Below the pieces are notes generated by a model. It did no database searches, had not been told where the DNA came from, and was given only the letters and a program-made list of their open reading frames with translations. Below, in pieces: positions 31,375 through 43,373 of a stretch of 64,000 bases of DNA. Origin of the DNA: a virus; the IMG/VR virus record IMGVR_UViG_3300025012_000003; one strand, given 5' to 3'. The position numbers and the translations under genes are program-made. Every line of letters begins with the position of its first letter. Within the stretch, counting starts at the first letter, position 1.

Positions 31375-32483
31375 TTAATTAACTAACTCGTTTAACATTT
31401 TTAAACTATTCAATTCTTCTTCCGACACTACGTATGCGTTATGTCCTTGTAGCACATTTCCAACTATACTATCTGCTATATCACAAATGTTCCAAGCACT
31501 CTTTTGTTTAGTTTTATCTTTCCAGAGCATGTCATATTTTAAAGGGTAGCAACATCCGACATACCTGTAAACCCAATACTGAGAACCAGATTTAAAACAA
31601 TTAACTATATCGTCGAAAGGAGAGGTTAGTACAAATATTTCCCTACTTGTTAGATAATTTGTTACTTCAGATAATGTCTCTTCTTCTAATTTAATCATTT
31701 ACTAACTCATCCATCATCTCAAACCTAAATTCATCTAAAGCTATAAAATTTTTATTATTAAGTATGTACTCTTTTAACTCTTTTCTACCCATACCATGTT
31801 TATTATGGAACATTTCATGAAAATTACCTGTTTGAGGTATTTTATTTCGAGATTGAAGTTTCCAGCCATCATACCCTTCCACTAAAAGATATCCAGTTTT
31901 CAATAATCTATTCCAAAAAATCATCCTATTAATTCTCCCATGGTTATAGAAGGGAGAACAAAGTTGTATATTAATTCGTTAGACAGTAATCGTTCTTTAA
32001 GACCCATGAACAATACCGTAGTAGGAGTATCTTCAGAAATTAATTCATTTAACTCTTTAACTATCTGGCAGGGACAGTCCTTCAGATAAAAAATATCTAT
32101 TATACAAGATAGCCTATTATATACATGAGGATTTTTAGTCTGTTGTTTGTAATACCTACGTGCTTCTCCTCGGTATTTTTCCATCTCATCGAACAAAGTA
32201 TTCAAAACTATCCATTTATCTATTATCATGAAACTAGCTCTATCATTGTTTTTATAGTATCTAACTCTTGAGTTACTATTTCGAAGGGGTTATCACAACA
32301 TTTTTTATAAAGTTCATCAAAGTTGGTAGCTTGAAATTGCATACCCCATTCTCTGTAATAGAAGTCATACTCTATGGTATAAACCCCTACACCAAACCTT
32401 AGTACTTGACATAGGTGTTTTATTTCTTTATGATATACAAAGAATTTTTCTAACATAATATATTTCCTTAAATAAAATCGCAA
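31375..32483 (-). other. Four small tagged CDS (MLNELVN, MMDELVND, MGELIG, MIELVS)
   Basis: ORFs 31375, 31691, 31921, 32226. Confidence 0.75.
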
Positions 32484-32553
32484 GGTGGGGGAATCGAACC
32501 CTATACCGTCTTGAGTTTTGGAGACTCCTATTCTACCATTGAACTAACCCTGC
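32479..32553 (-). tRNA. trnW: tRNA-Trp(CCA) with atypical T-arm; CCA end not encoded
   Basis: Acceptor GCAGGGT/ACCTTGC, D-loop AATGGTA, anticodon loop CTCCAAA, TTCGATT T-loop, discriminator G. Confidence 0.82.
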
Positions 32554-32768
32554 ATATCTTATATAATATCATACACTATAATTTATTTCAAGTATTTGTT
32601 AAGGAATATTAATTATTTTTAATTCACAACAAGTGCATCTTGTTTTTCTACATTCATGACATATTTTTATGAAAGAATTACTTTTTAAAAATTCTTCTCC
32701 GCATACTATACATTTAGATTTAGATACACAGGGAAAACCAATTTTTCTAGCACATCTTATACAAAACA

Positions 32769-35604
32769 TTATCCTACTAACTCCTGCATTATTACCACAC
32801 TTTGAATTTCCGAAAAATTTTCTATTTCATATAAATCTTGTCTTAAAAAACCAAGGATAAGATTATTTTTCCATTTTTTATAATCTATCTTATAAGCATA
32901 TTTAAATAAATTAGATAAATCTGTTCCGATACTAAACATCTGACTTCTATAGGTACTATTATTTTCAGAATACATTAAGATAAAATATCTATCTCTTTTA
33001 AGAATATATTTTTTATCCTTGGATATATTTTTCCCGTCTGATACTTTTTTCATACTATCCCGCAGTTAATTCTATCATTGTTCTTAGTGCTTGTAATTTT
33101 TCTACAACTTTATCAAAATCGTTTGAAATATCATATATAACTTTAGATATCTCGATATCATTTAATTGGGAGATATCCTCTCCCTTATAAAAATCTTTAC
33201 CCATAACAACTTCTACCTTTATAGCATAATCTAATTTAAGTTTATCTTCTTGACCTATGGGAAAGCCGTACCTGATTTCGGACAGATTGGGAAAACATCT
33301 CAAGTCTGGATTGACATTAATAGTATTGATAGTACTTTTTATCTTTTCCCAATTTTTAAAATGGAGTATTCTTAAGGATAAAGGGGTACCCCACGGAAAA
33401 TTACTTGTATCATTTTCAGATAATGTTATAGATAAACTATTTCCCGAATTACTCCATGCTAAAGGGTCATGGAGGATATTGGAGTTTACGACAATGGAGG
33501 GAGGGGAAAGAACTGAAGGGTAATTACGATACTCCACAGAGCAACTAAAAATAGGGGCATACCAATAATAATTGTTTTTCTGAACATTGAATATCTGGAA
33601 TTCTTGTAAATTTTTTAAATCCCCTTCTATAAAAGGAGGAAGCGTAAAATTAATAACTCTATCCCTGTTGTGATATGGAATACATAAAAAATTAGGAATG
33701 TTTTCTTCAAAAGTGTCATGTCCAAAGTCTTTATAGAAATTTAAATAAGTTACTTTATAATAATACACAATTCCAGTATTTTTTAGAGATTCATTATAAA
33801 TATCTATTATTTCTTTTACATCTTCCATAGAGCTATCTTCCTTTCAGAACATTTCTTATTTGTTCTACCGAAGTTATTATATCTTTAATATCAGAAATAC
33901 TCTTTTTGTACAGTTTTAATGATTGTTTTACTACAAACTTTAGGAAGAAATTAGATTTCTCCAATTTTATTAACGATTCTTTTTCTTGTCTCTGTAATAA
34001 TTTTAGTATCAATTGATACATTCTCATCAGTTTATCAATTTTATTTAATAAATCTATCCTGATATGTAATTGAAAAGCATTTTCTTTTTGTTCGTTCACT
34101 AATATTAATAAATCATGAAGGTCTTTCCCTGATTTTTTTATTAAAGTATTAGCTATTTTTATTTTATTCATTCTGATAACTCCTTCATCACTAAAAGGGA
34201 CTCAAACTCTTCTTTATCCTCAAATTCATGTATTCTAAACTCTCTATAGCTAGTAAAACTAGTTAAATTTAATAAAACATTAGAGATTCCAAAACAAGTA
34301 GCACTGTGCCATCCATTGTCTCCTAGACTGTCAACATCAAAAGCTCTAACATACTGGAACTGTTTCCATTTATTCCCTATGGTTAGATGAAAATATTTTT
34401 TATTATGGCAGGTACGGTGGGTTCCCTCTATAACATAGAATTTTCCAGAGTCTAATGTTTTCAAAGTAAATACAGTATCCCTTCGGAGACTGTCTTTTCC
34501 ATTAGGAACCATAGCATATATGGGTAAATCTAATCTCATTAATTTGTCAACTCTTCCATAACTTTATGTTTCTGATAACTTTCTATTAAATATTCCATAA
34601 TTAAAGGTTTATCTTCTCCTTCTAACTTCTCATCTATAATTTTTAATGCCCGATAGAAAACTTTTTCAGCGGTGTTGTGGTCATAGAACATAAATTCTAC
34701 AATTCTATCTATTAGAGAATATTCATTATAGAACTTTTCATAGCATCTCGATTTGATACAATCATTTATTATATAATATTCTTCTGGATTATCTGGTCGT
34801 ATAACACCTAATTCACTATCTAGTATTCCCACAAAACGTTCTCTTATAAAAATAACTTCCATATTCCACAAAGCCATATATTTTAATATGCTATTTATGG
34901 TTTCTCCAAAAGGTTTTATGATATTTAAATTCATCCTACTAGCTCCTCCATACTTTTAACAGCATGGAGTTCATCCAAACTATCAAGTTCATAAACTTTC
35001 TCCTTTGAGAAGTAAGGACGTTTTATATAAGTTAAATAGATATTTATCTCTTGTAATAATTCCCTCTCCCACAAACCGTGGTCAAAGTGGATATTACCAT
35101 AAGGATATCCAGAACTATCTTCTTGATAAAATTTCCACAATTTTTTTTCTTTATCGAATAGGTACCAGTGGTAATTATTTCCAGATTTAAAAAGATAAAT
35201 CTTATCTTGATATATGCTATTTATTTTAACATGCTTCTCTAATATTATCATGATACAAGTTCCTGCATACTGAAATAAGTATCTAAAAGTCCTACAATTT
35301 CTTCGTCTTCTAAGGGGATTAATAATTTAGCATATAATCTACTATAACCTTCTGAATCTCTATGTTGCAGGTTAAAGGGGAATGAATACTTTAATTCCTT
35401 AGTTTCTTTTTCCAATATACTGATATAGCTAAACACATAATCGGTATTACTTTTTATATATAATATTTCATACTTATAGGTACGATGGAATAGGGCAGTG
35501 ATTATATTTGTTATTTCTAAAATTTCCATAAATTTTAGTTCTAATCTAAGGGGTTCAAATATTTCATATATTTTACATTCGTAGGATGGTTTTACTAATT
35601 TCAT
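32769..35604 (-). other. Seven hypothetical CDS, six tagged (MQELVG, MIELTAG, MKELSE, MEELTN, MEELVG, MQELVS)
   Basis: ORFs 32769, 33055, 34168, 34539, 34931, 35248 tagged; 33833 untagged. Confidence 0.75.
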
Positions 35605-36015
35605 ATTACTCCTAAAGAAAAAGGAAGAGGTTAGTGAAAAGTAAGGTTAAAGGTCAAGACAGGAAAAACTAACCTCTGTTACGTTAATTGTTAATGTAGA
35701 ATGTTGCTGTAACTATGACATCGAGTATATCGCTGTAGGACAGCATGCCGTTGTCGTGCATTGTTTCTCCTATTATACAAAAATCTTTATTAAAGAAAGC
35801 ATCTGCTATTTTTTCAAATCCACGTATTTTAAGATACTGAACTAAGTCTGATTTTTCTACGTCTTCAGCATATATTTCTAATTCTAATCTTTTAAGGACT
35901 TTATTTATTTTAGTTGTAGTACTCATAATTTTCTCCTTGACTTAACCTTATATAATTATCATAACAGAAAAAGAACTATATTTCAAGTTCTTCGTTAATA
36001 ATTATTAAGATATTG

Positions 36016-36065
36016 TTACACTTTTCGTAAGGAGTTTTACGATATTTTTACACTTTTCGTAAGGA
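36016..36065. repeat. 18 bp direct repeat, two copies
   Basis: TTACACTTTTCGTAAGGA at 36016..36033 and 36048..36065. Confidence 0.8.
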
Positions 36066-36364
36066 ATCCTATAAAACCACACTATTTCTAGGTCTTATCT
36101 TATATTTTGGTAGATATACTTGTACTTCCTTGCCATTAAGAGTATATTTTACATTAACTTCATTTTCAGAAGGGCTAGAATCACTCACTACCTCTGCATC
36201 GATACCTGTTTTTACCTCTGGAACAGTACTATGCTCGTCTTGTACCATGACCTTCATCCCTTTTTTAAATGTTTCATTTAAAAAATTACATAAATAGATA
36301 GTTTTATTTAATTTCATTGTTTTAGTCTCTAACTAGATAATCTAATTATAATGTAAAATAAAAG

Positions 36365-38992
36365 TTATCCAGTTAGTTCAGACATTGACCTTCTTATCAA
36401 ATTCTCATTAGATACTCTAATACGTTCTTTTTCTAGGTATTCAGACATTCCTTCTATGGAAACTATTTCCTTCTGAAGATTTATATATAATTGTTTCTCT
36501 TTACCCTCAGAAGTACTTATATCATGGGGAATTCCATTTCCATATACTATATCAACGGCTCTTCCAATCATCCAATATTCAGAAGTGTCATAAAGAAAAC
36601 TTGTTTTGGCATTGACTGGAACAAACCATGAATTTTTAACCTTAGTTCTATATTCTTTCAGTATACTGAAGATGATTTCTATAGCTTTATCTTCATTAAT
36701 CATCATTATCTAATCCATCTTTTAGATTCCAAGCAACTGTACCGTCCTTTTGTTTCATACCAAAAATAAGAGCATGTTTTATTAGTTCCGATACACTACT
36801 CATACCGAGTTCTTTAGCATATAACTTCATTCTTAACATCTCGTCTTTATCAAATCCGTCAAAACTAACCTTAAACAATTTCCCTTTCAGAACCTTTTTG
36901 GCTCTACGTTGTCTTTTGCTTTTTTTCCAAGTTTTCATTTTATCAATTCCTCCATTATTATTTCTAAATATTTTTTATCATCGTAATAGTATTTGTTTAT
37001 ATAATCTACTCCATATCCATAATCCTTTTCCGTCTCTTTGTATACCCCACATTTTTGACATTGGTAGAATACATGGTCATCTGGAGATAAGAAAGGTTTG
37101 CTCATATTTTTTACGATTATCCAGTCATGAAAACAAAATTTCTTTTTAAAGTAATTAATTATTTTATTTTTCATATTTCTCTTTAAGCTTTAAGTATAAT
37201 TTATGCTCTTCCTCATCTCTTTTAATAGCCTCTTTTTCTTTCATCTCCTTTATTCTATCATCTATAATTTTCCTATTTTCTCTAATAATTCTTAACTCTT
37301 CTTCGTATTTATCAGTCAGTTCTTTTTCAAAATCTTCATAGAAAAATCTTATTGGGAAACCTATCATTCTAGTGTCTTCGTCTCCGTCTTGTTGAGTGAG
37401 TTCTACATATTCTTCTATATCATCGACGGGATATAAATCTACACTGACTCTATTGTCATCATTGAACTCAAAGCCATAATCCTGAAAACTCCAATGGTCA
37501 AAATTCTTTTCAGCACAAGCTTTATCCTGCTCAAATTTTCTTTCGGCATTAAGTACCTTATTTCCTATCTCAACAGCCTTCGTTCTAAATCTTTTGAAAC
37601 CTTCTAAAATTTCTTTACTCATGACATTCTCCTAATTTATTAATTCTTTCATTGTATCGTATACTTTCTTCTGGTCTTCTGTAAAATATTCTCTAAGACT
37701 CAATTTTTCAATAAATCCTTTTTCTTTTTCTTCTCTATCCATGCTCATTTTAAAAGCTATATCGGGATTAGTGGTGAAAACTAAGGATAACATAAATCCA
37801 GTTTTTAATTCTTCTATCTTTGTTTGAGCATCTACGTAATCTTTTGTAGCCACATCGCTCCAAGACGTACCGTTTATTGCTTGTACCGCATTTAAATTTA
37901 CGTCGGAGGTGGTGATTACCTGACCCGCTGTAAAACTATAAGGACTATTTAGGGACATTCTTAATTCACCAATTCATTCATTACTAATAATTCATGATAG
38001 TACTCATTTGGATATTTTTCTAGCACTTCCAGTATACCTGTTTTTAATTTTTTGTTATTTAATAATTTTAGCATATCTTCCTTATCAAGTAAAGTATGCA
38101 ATTCTGAAAAAGATTTAAATTGTACTTCGTTTAATAAAACGAATACTAAATGTTGTCCCAAATATTTAATCTGAGAACGAATACATAATTTTCTTCCCGT
38201 ATCAGTATTAACTATGTTTCTTTTTATTAACATAAGGAAGTAGCTAATTTCTTCTAAATCTTTATGTCCTATATTATACCCTAACGAATCTTTTGGAAAA
38301 AACTCATGGTTGAACCAAACAGGGTCTAAATAATAATATTCATTTATTATTTTAGTTGTCATTAATCAATTCTCGCATCATTAAATAAGTCTCTGTGTCT
38401 GGATATTCAGTACATCTGAATTTGCTGTATTCTAAATCTGATAATCCGTAATTTATCATATAGTCATAGCAACTTGCCATAGAATGAAAATCTTTAGGAG
38501 CTATTATTTTTTTCTTAATTTTATTTTCGGAAGATATATAATTGCTTACAGTTTCTATAGCCAGATTGTCGCCTTCTCTATATATGAATTTAGATTTCCA
38601 AAAACAGCTATCGTATCTTTCCTTAATAGGTTCTATAAGATAACACTTATTGTTTTCATATACCTCATGTATTGTATAACTCTTTAAGTCCATTAAGTGG
38701 TCAACTCCAACATAGCAAAAAGTTTAGTTATTTCATCTGGTTCTAATATTACAAATCCTATTAGATAGGCTTCTATTATTTCTTCTGGAATTCTAGGAAA
38801 TAATTTCCTCATTCCTACTATTGTCTCTTTTACTAGATTCCAATCTGTTTCATAATTTTCAAGGTAGCTTCCAAACTCGTCTGAAAATGTTAAATATTTT
38901 GCACTAATTGATATATGTAATCTTATTGATGAACGAGGATAGTATTTCATTATTAATGTATTAACTATGCTAGTTAATTTATCATAGTTCAT
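36365..38992 (-). other. Cluster of small CDS, six tagged (MSELTG, MEELIK, MKELIN, MNELVN, MRELINDN, MLELTT)
   Basis: ORFs 36365, 36935, 37632, 37961, 38352, 38693. Confidence 0.75.
36696..36938 (-). CDS. Possible ribbon-helix-helix DNA-binding protein
   Basis: FKVSFDGFDKDEMLRMKLYAKELGMSSVSELIKHAL. Confidence 0.5.
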   Translation of the reverse strand: MKTWKKSKRQRRAKKVLKGKLFKVSFDGFDKDEMLRMKLYAKELGMSSVSELIKHALIFGMKQKDGTVAWNLKDGLDNDD

Positions 38993-39374
38993 ATTTTAAA
39001 TTTCTCCACGAATTCCCATTCTTTGTCATTGAAAGCCGATATAACAGGGAGACCTTCATAATTAAAAAATAAAAAAGGATAGCTTTTATGACCTTTATCT
39101 AAATTTGGATTAGTGTTATTAAAAACGGTACACACTGCTCTCATGTGAGGAATCCAAAAGTCTCCCACGTATTTGTTATCTCCCTCTAATGTCTCTGCTA
39201 ATTCCTTTCTAGTTGCATATTTCTTTTGTCCTTTTAGCTTAAACTTATTTTTAGTACTTCTTCTAACTGTTTCATTTTTAAGGAATTGCTCAAAAGTCAT
39301 GCCTTCGTTTATTCCTTCTATTTGACAGCTATAAAAGGATTCTTTGAGAAGTAGTATCTCACGTAGATTCATCA

Positions 39375-40463
39375 TTAGTTATATCTCCCATATTCATTTG
39401 AAAATGCGTACATCCAATAACCTATTTGGGTTAGTAGAACTATTAAAAAAGTAACCATGTAAGCCCACGAAGGAGGGTCTATCTGCATGTAGTTAAACTT
39501 GCTGAAGTCTTTTATCTTATAATTTTCTATAACTTCCTGCTTAATTAATGGGATTATACTATCATCCACTTTATTATCCAATATAATAGACTCCAAATTT
39601 CTTTTCACTAATGATTTTTCTGTCCATCCGAAAACATAAGACCATCTATTTCCTTCTATTCCCCCATAACAAATCACTAAGTCGTTCTTCTTACCCCCAA
39701 TCCAAGCAGATTCTTGATACATAGCTTGTTCTTTATCTTTGTTTCCAAAGTAAATTATAATTAAGTTTACTTTTTTAGTAGCCCCAAGCTCAGTATTTAA
39801 AACATCCCAAGCATGTGGAGTTATAGTAGACACGTTGATAAGTCTATCACTTTGAAACCAATTATTATTTTGAGGATATTCAAGAGTCTTCATATTTTTA
39901 GGAATTTCTATAAAGGAAAAGTTAGATTTTGTTGCTTTTATTATATTTGTCCAACTTCTTGTCGTTGTGGTGGGGAAATAAACCTTACCTGTCTTATTGT
40001 AGGCAACATATATATTACGGTCTCCTCCGTCAAATCCAGATTTATTTCCATCTTCTGTATTATAATTTCCAAAAGTATTAGATATTTGTTTAAATGTAGT
40101 TTCTTCTATATTATTACTTTCTCCCGTAGAAGAATTAGCTTCCCAATATCTATTATGGGTTCTATGTTCGGTAGTGTAGTAAGTAGTACAAACTTCGTTT
40201 TTACCGCTACCTGAACAGGATGTATGAGCTTCTTGATATTCTTCAATCCATTCGGGATAATAAGTGGCTCTTATTATATGTCCAGACCAAGTTTCTGTAT
40301 CTGATGTCATTCCAGCGTATAAACATCCATGGATGATACCAACTGTTGCAAATCCTATTAGAACACTAAGTAACCACTCCCACCAAACTATCTCTTTTTG
40401 TGTTATCCATAAATAACATCCTATTATAAGAGGAATAAAACATATTAGATATAAATTTCCCAC
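39375..40463 (-). CDS. Membrane protein (two N-terminal and one C-terminal TM segments)
   Basis: Hydrophobic segments flanking a large soluble domain. Confidence 0.75.
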   Translation of the reverse strand: MGNLYLICFIPLIIGCYLWITQKEIVWWEWLLSVLIGFATVGIIHGCLYAGMTSDTETWSGHIIRATYYPEWIEEYQEAHTSCSGSGKNEVCTTYYTTEHRTHNRYWEANSSTGESNNIEETTFKQISNTFGNYNTEDGNKSGFDGGDRNIYVAYNKTGKVYFPTTTTRSWTNIIKATKSNFSFIEIPKNMKTLEYPQNNNWFQSDRLINVSTITPHAWDVLNTELGATKKVNLIIIYFGNKDKEQAMYQESAWIGGKKNDLVICYGGIEGNRWSYVFGWTEKSLVKRNLESIILDNKVDDSIIPLIKQEVIENYKIKDFSKFNYMQIDPPSWAYMVTFLIVLLTQIGYWMYAFSNEYGRYN

Positions 40464-40547
40464 AATTATCTCCTTATTATGTGCAATAATATCATATTAG
40501 CACACAATTAATTAAATATCAACTATTTCGTTATAAAAATTTACAAA

Positions 40548-40776
40548 TAAAAAGAGTAGTCCAGCTCGACTACTCTCTAAATTAAAAGGAATCCCTCAGT
40601 CTAAGATTCCTTTGGCTACAAATAGAGTACCCGTAGTCTGCCACACTACACGGAACCAGAGTATTTATAACAGCACGTAATTGACTGATGACGTACTGTT
40701 TTTATTTACCTCCGAAACGCAACTTAGCTTTCGTGGATAGCTACTCCCTACTTGCTGGGAAGAATACGTCTCACAT
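40548..40776 (-). ncRNA. Putative structured non-coding RNA, about 230 nt
   Basis: Promoter TTGACA-17-TATAAT (40783..40811), no minus-strand ORF in track, several stems, terminator AGAGTAGTC/GACTACTCT plus Ts. Confidence 0.6.
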
Positions 40777-40821
40777 AATTTTATTATATCACTACAGAGT
40801 AAATTTGTCAAGAGATAAATA

Positions 40822-43373
40822 TTATCTAAGACTATGTTTAATATATAGGTTAAGTATCATTCCGCCCTTTTGAACTTGCTTAGGACTATTTCTGAAAGTT
40901 ACGGAATCCCAACTAACTTTATATTCTCCATCGACTCTCCAGAGGTCTCCCCCAACTAAATTATTATAGTTTAATTCAATGCCTTCAGATATTAATTTAT
41001 CAATAATGATAGAATGTAAAGCGGAGAAAGCATCCCAAACATATAAATCTTCTGTTTCTAAATCCACAAAGAATCTTAGAGCTTTAGGTCTTGAACTATT
41101 TTCTGGTTGAGCAGAATTTCTTATTAAGTGTTTAATATCAGATAAAGAAGGGTTTTTAAATACAGTAGCTTCCGACCATTTAGATTTAATAGTCGTTAAA
41201 TACTCTTCTTTCAATATATTTAATATCTTACTAAACATTATTTTCTATCACTCACATCTACAATTAAAACTTTAGGTCTAACTCCTAAGATAAAAGCAGT
41301 ATCTAGTCTAGTATTACCAGACATAATCCTGTATCCCCTGCTGAATTTTAATACTATAGGAACTGGCATAGAATCATTATTTTCAAACCCTTTAATGATT
41401 CTATCAACATCCCTAGGAAATTTATAATGACTTACAAGTTCTTTTAAGGATTCTATTGATTTAGTTTGACTTCTATAATCTATATTATCATCAAAGTTTT
41501 TATCTATTTCTACAATTTTCCCTTCTTTAGCTTTCTTTATAAATTCCTTCTCGCTGTCGAAAAGATTCCAATTCTTAATATTTCTTATTTCATATTCCCA
41601 ATGATATTCTTGACTTAATTCTTTATCGTCTGGAAGTCTCCAAGAATTATACTCAGAAAAATTCTCTTTTATTATTTTTAGAATCTTTTTAAACATGTTA
41701 TTTTCTAGCCATCCCTTTAACACGTTCTTCGACCTCTTGATTCACCTTGTTAAAATCTATATCTAGTTTATCGTGTAGGAAATTGCCTCCATGGTGAACC
41801 ATATCTTTAAGCCTGTCAAATTTAAGAACAAGAGTTTTAATGTCATCATAATCTTGCCCTTCTTTTACCAACTCAACAGCCTCTACATTGTTCTTAGCTA
41901 GATTATAAAATTCCTCATTTTCTTTAGCTTGTTCTCCTCTGAAGTTAATAAGAATATCTGATAAACCTTCTTCATCTAAATCTAAAAACCTATTTATGTT
42001 ACCTTCTTCATCCTCTTCTTCGGTTATGTAAGGCTCCAATAAGTCTCTTAATTCGTCATCTTCCATGTGTTTAAATATGGAAGTATTTAATATACCAAAA
42101 GCAAAACGATATCTACCTTCCCCATTTATATACTCCATTAAATCAGGGCTATACCAATCTTCTAATACTGCTTCCCTAAGTTTTTCCAATAAATTCTCTA
42201 ATCCTGATATATCCTCGGATTCTTGATATTCCGAATAGTCCCCTCCAAGAGCTTCAGCTAATTCTACTAAACCATGTTCAAATAACCAATCTGTTAATTT
42301 AAAGGATATTTGCTCTGTGGCTTCTTCTATATATTTTCTTAGTTGATTCTCTTTACTATCATTAAGTTTTCCAGCTTGAGATAAATATGTTAAAACTCCT
42401 ATTTCCACTAGCATATCATCTAATTCAAGATAGTCTTCGAGTAAACTTTCAGTAAGTTGTTTTAATCTTTTAAAATAGTTATTCATAAAAATGTTCTATT
42501 CCACTATGCTGAAAATAATAAATTTTACCATCTTCGCTTCTGCCGTATTGATAATCATTTGGATATTTTTTCATATCAAGTAATATATTTTTATCTATAT
42601 TACATTTTTTTAAAAATTCTTCTTTAGTTATATCCTCACCATAATAAGTGGCATCATAATATCTCTTCTGGTCTTTTTTACAAATACCTACGCAAGTTTG
42701 AGTGAAATCTAATTTTTCTATTAAATTTATAATTTTTTTAAACATATTATTTAACCTGAATATAATTCCCTAAGCTTTGCTTCTCCCCTTTTAGTAAGAT
42801 AGTACTTACCCTTCATATCTTTAGCTATGTAATTATTAGCTAAGGCAGAATGAAGTTGTATTCTTATATCATTTATAGTTTTAAATCCTTCTTCGGGGCT
42901 TCTGTGAGAGGCTATATTATAAAGAAGGGTTGTCATCCCTAAGTCTGTTCTATTTTTAGCAATATCCATGGGAAGAACAGCTTCTCCTAAAATATCTTTC
43001 GTTATTTTCTTTAATCTCTCGAGAGACATTATTCTCCTCCTCCGTCTCCACCATCCCCATCTCCGTCATTATCATCATCGTCTCCATAATGACCAAAATA
43101 AGGATATCCCATAATACCTTTATGAGATTTTCTTTTCTTATGTTTTTTCTTTTTTCTTTTTTCGTCTATTTCTTGGGGAACTTCTACAGAATTACATAAT
43201 GCTATAATAGTATCAAATGATTCTTTTTTCGAGTTATATGCAATCGCTTGTGCTTGCTTCAAAGCTTCTTCCTTGGTTTCTGGGGAGGAAGTTCCAATTT
43301 TACCCGTACGTTTCCATTTGTGCATGAGTTCTTTAATTATATCACTTTTACTTTTTCGTTTATCGATAGGCAT
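40822..43373 (-). other. Block of six small/acidic CDS, five with the N-terminal motif (putative virion-internal proteins)
   Basis: Starts MFSKILNILKEE, MFKKILKIIKE, MNNYFKRLKQLTE, MFKKIINLIE, MSLERLKKITKDILGE. Confidence 0.6.
41238..41696 (-). CDS. ParB/Srx-like domain protein with N-terminal motif
   Basis: MPVPIVLK...YRIMSGNTRL; likely start ATG at 41696. Confidence 0.6.
   Translation of the reverse strand: MFKKILKIIKENFSEYNSWRLPDDKELSQEYHWEYEIRNIKNWNLFDSEKEFIKKAKEGKIVEIDKNFDDNIDYRSQTKSIESLKELVSHYKFPRDVDRIIKGFENNDSMPVPIVLKFSRGYRIMSGNTRLDTAFILGVRPKVLIVDVSDRK

Noticed and set aside
40556-40640. Group I intron P7-like pair (CAGACTAC / GTAGTC)
   Set aside because: No interrupted gene and no recognisable P3-P6; both segments have better local partners.
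40684-40720. Hammerhead ribozyme core on the plus strand (CTGATGA...CGAAA)
   Set aside because: The intervening segment cannot form stem II, and the promoter drives the opposite strand.
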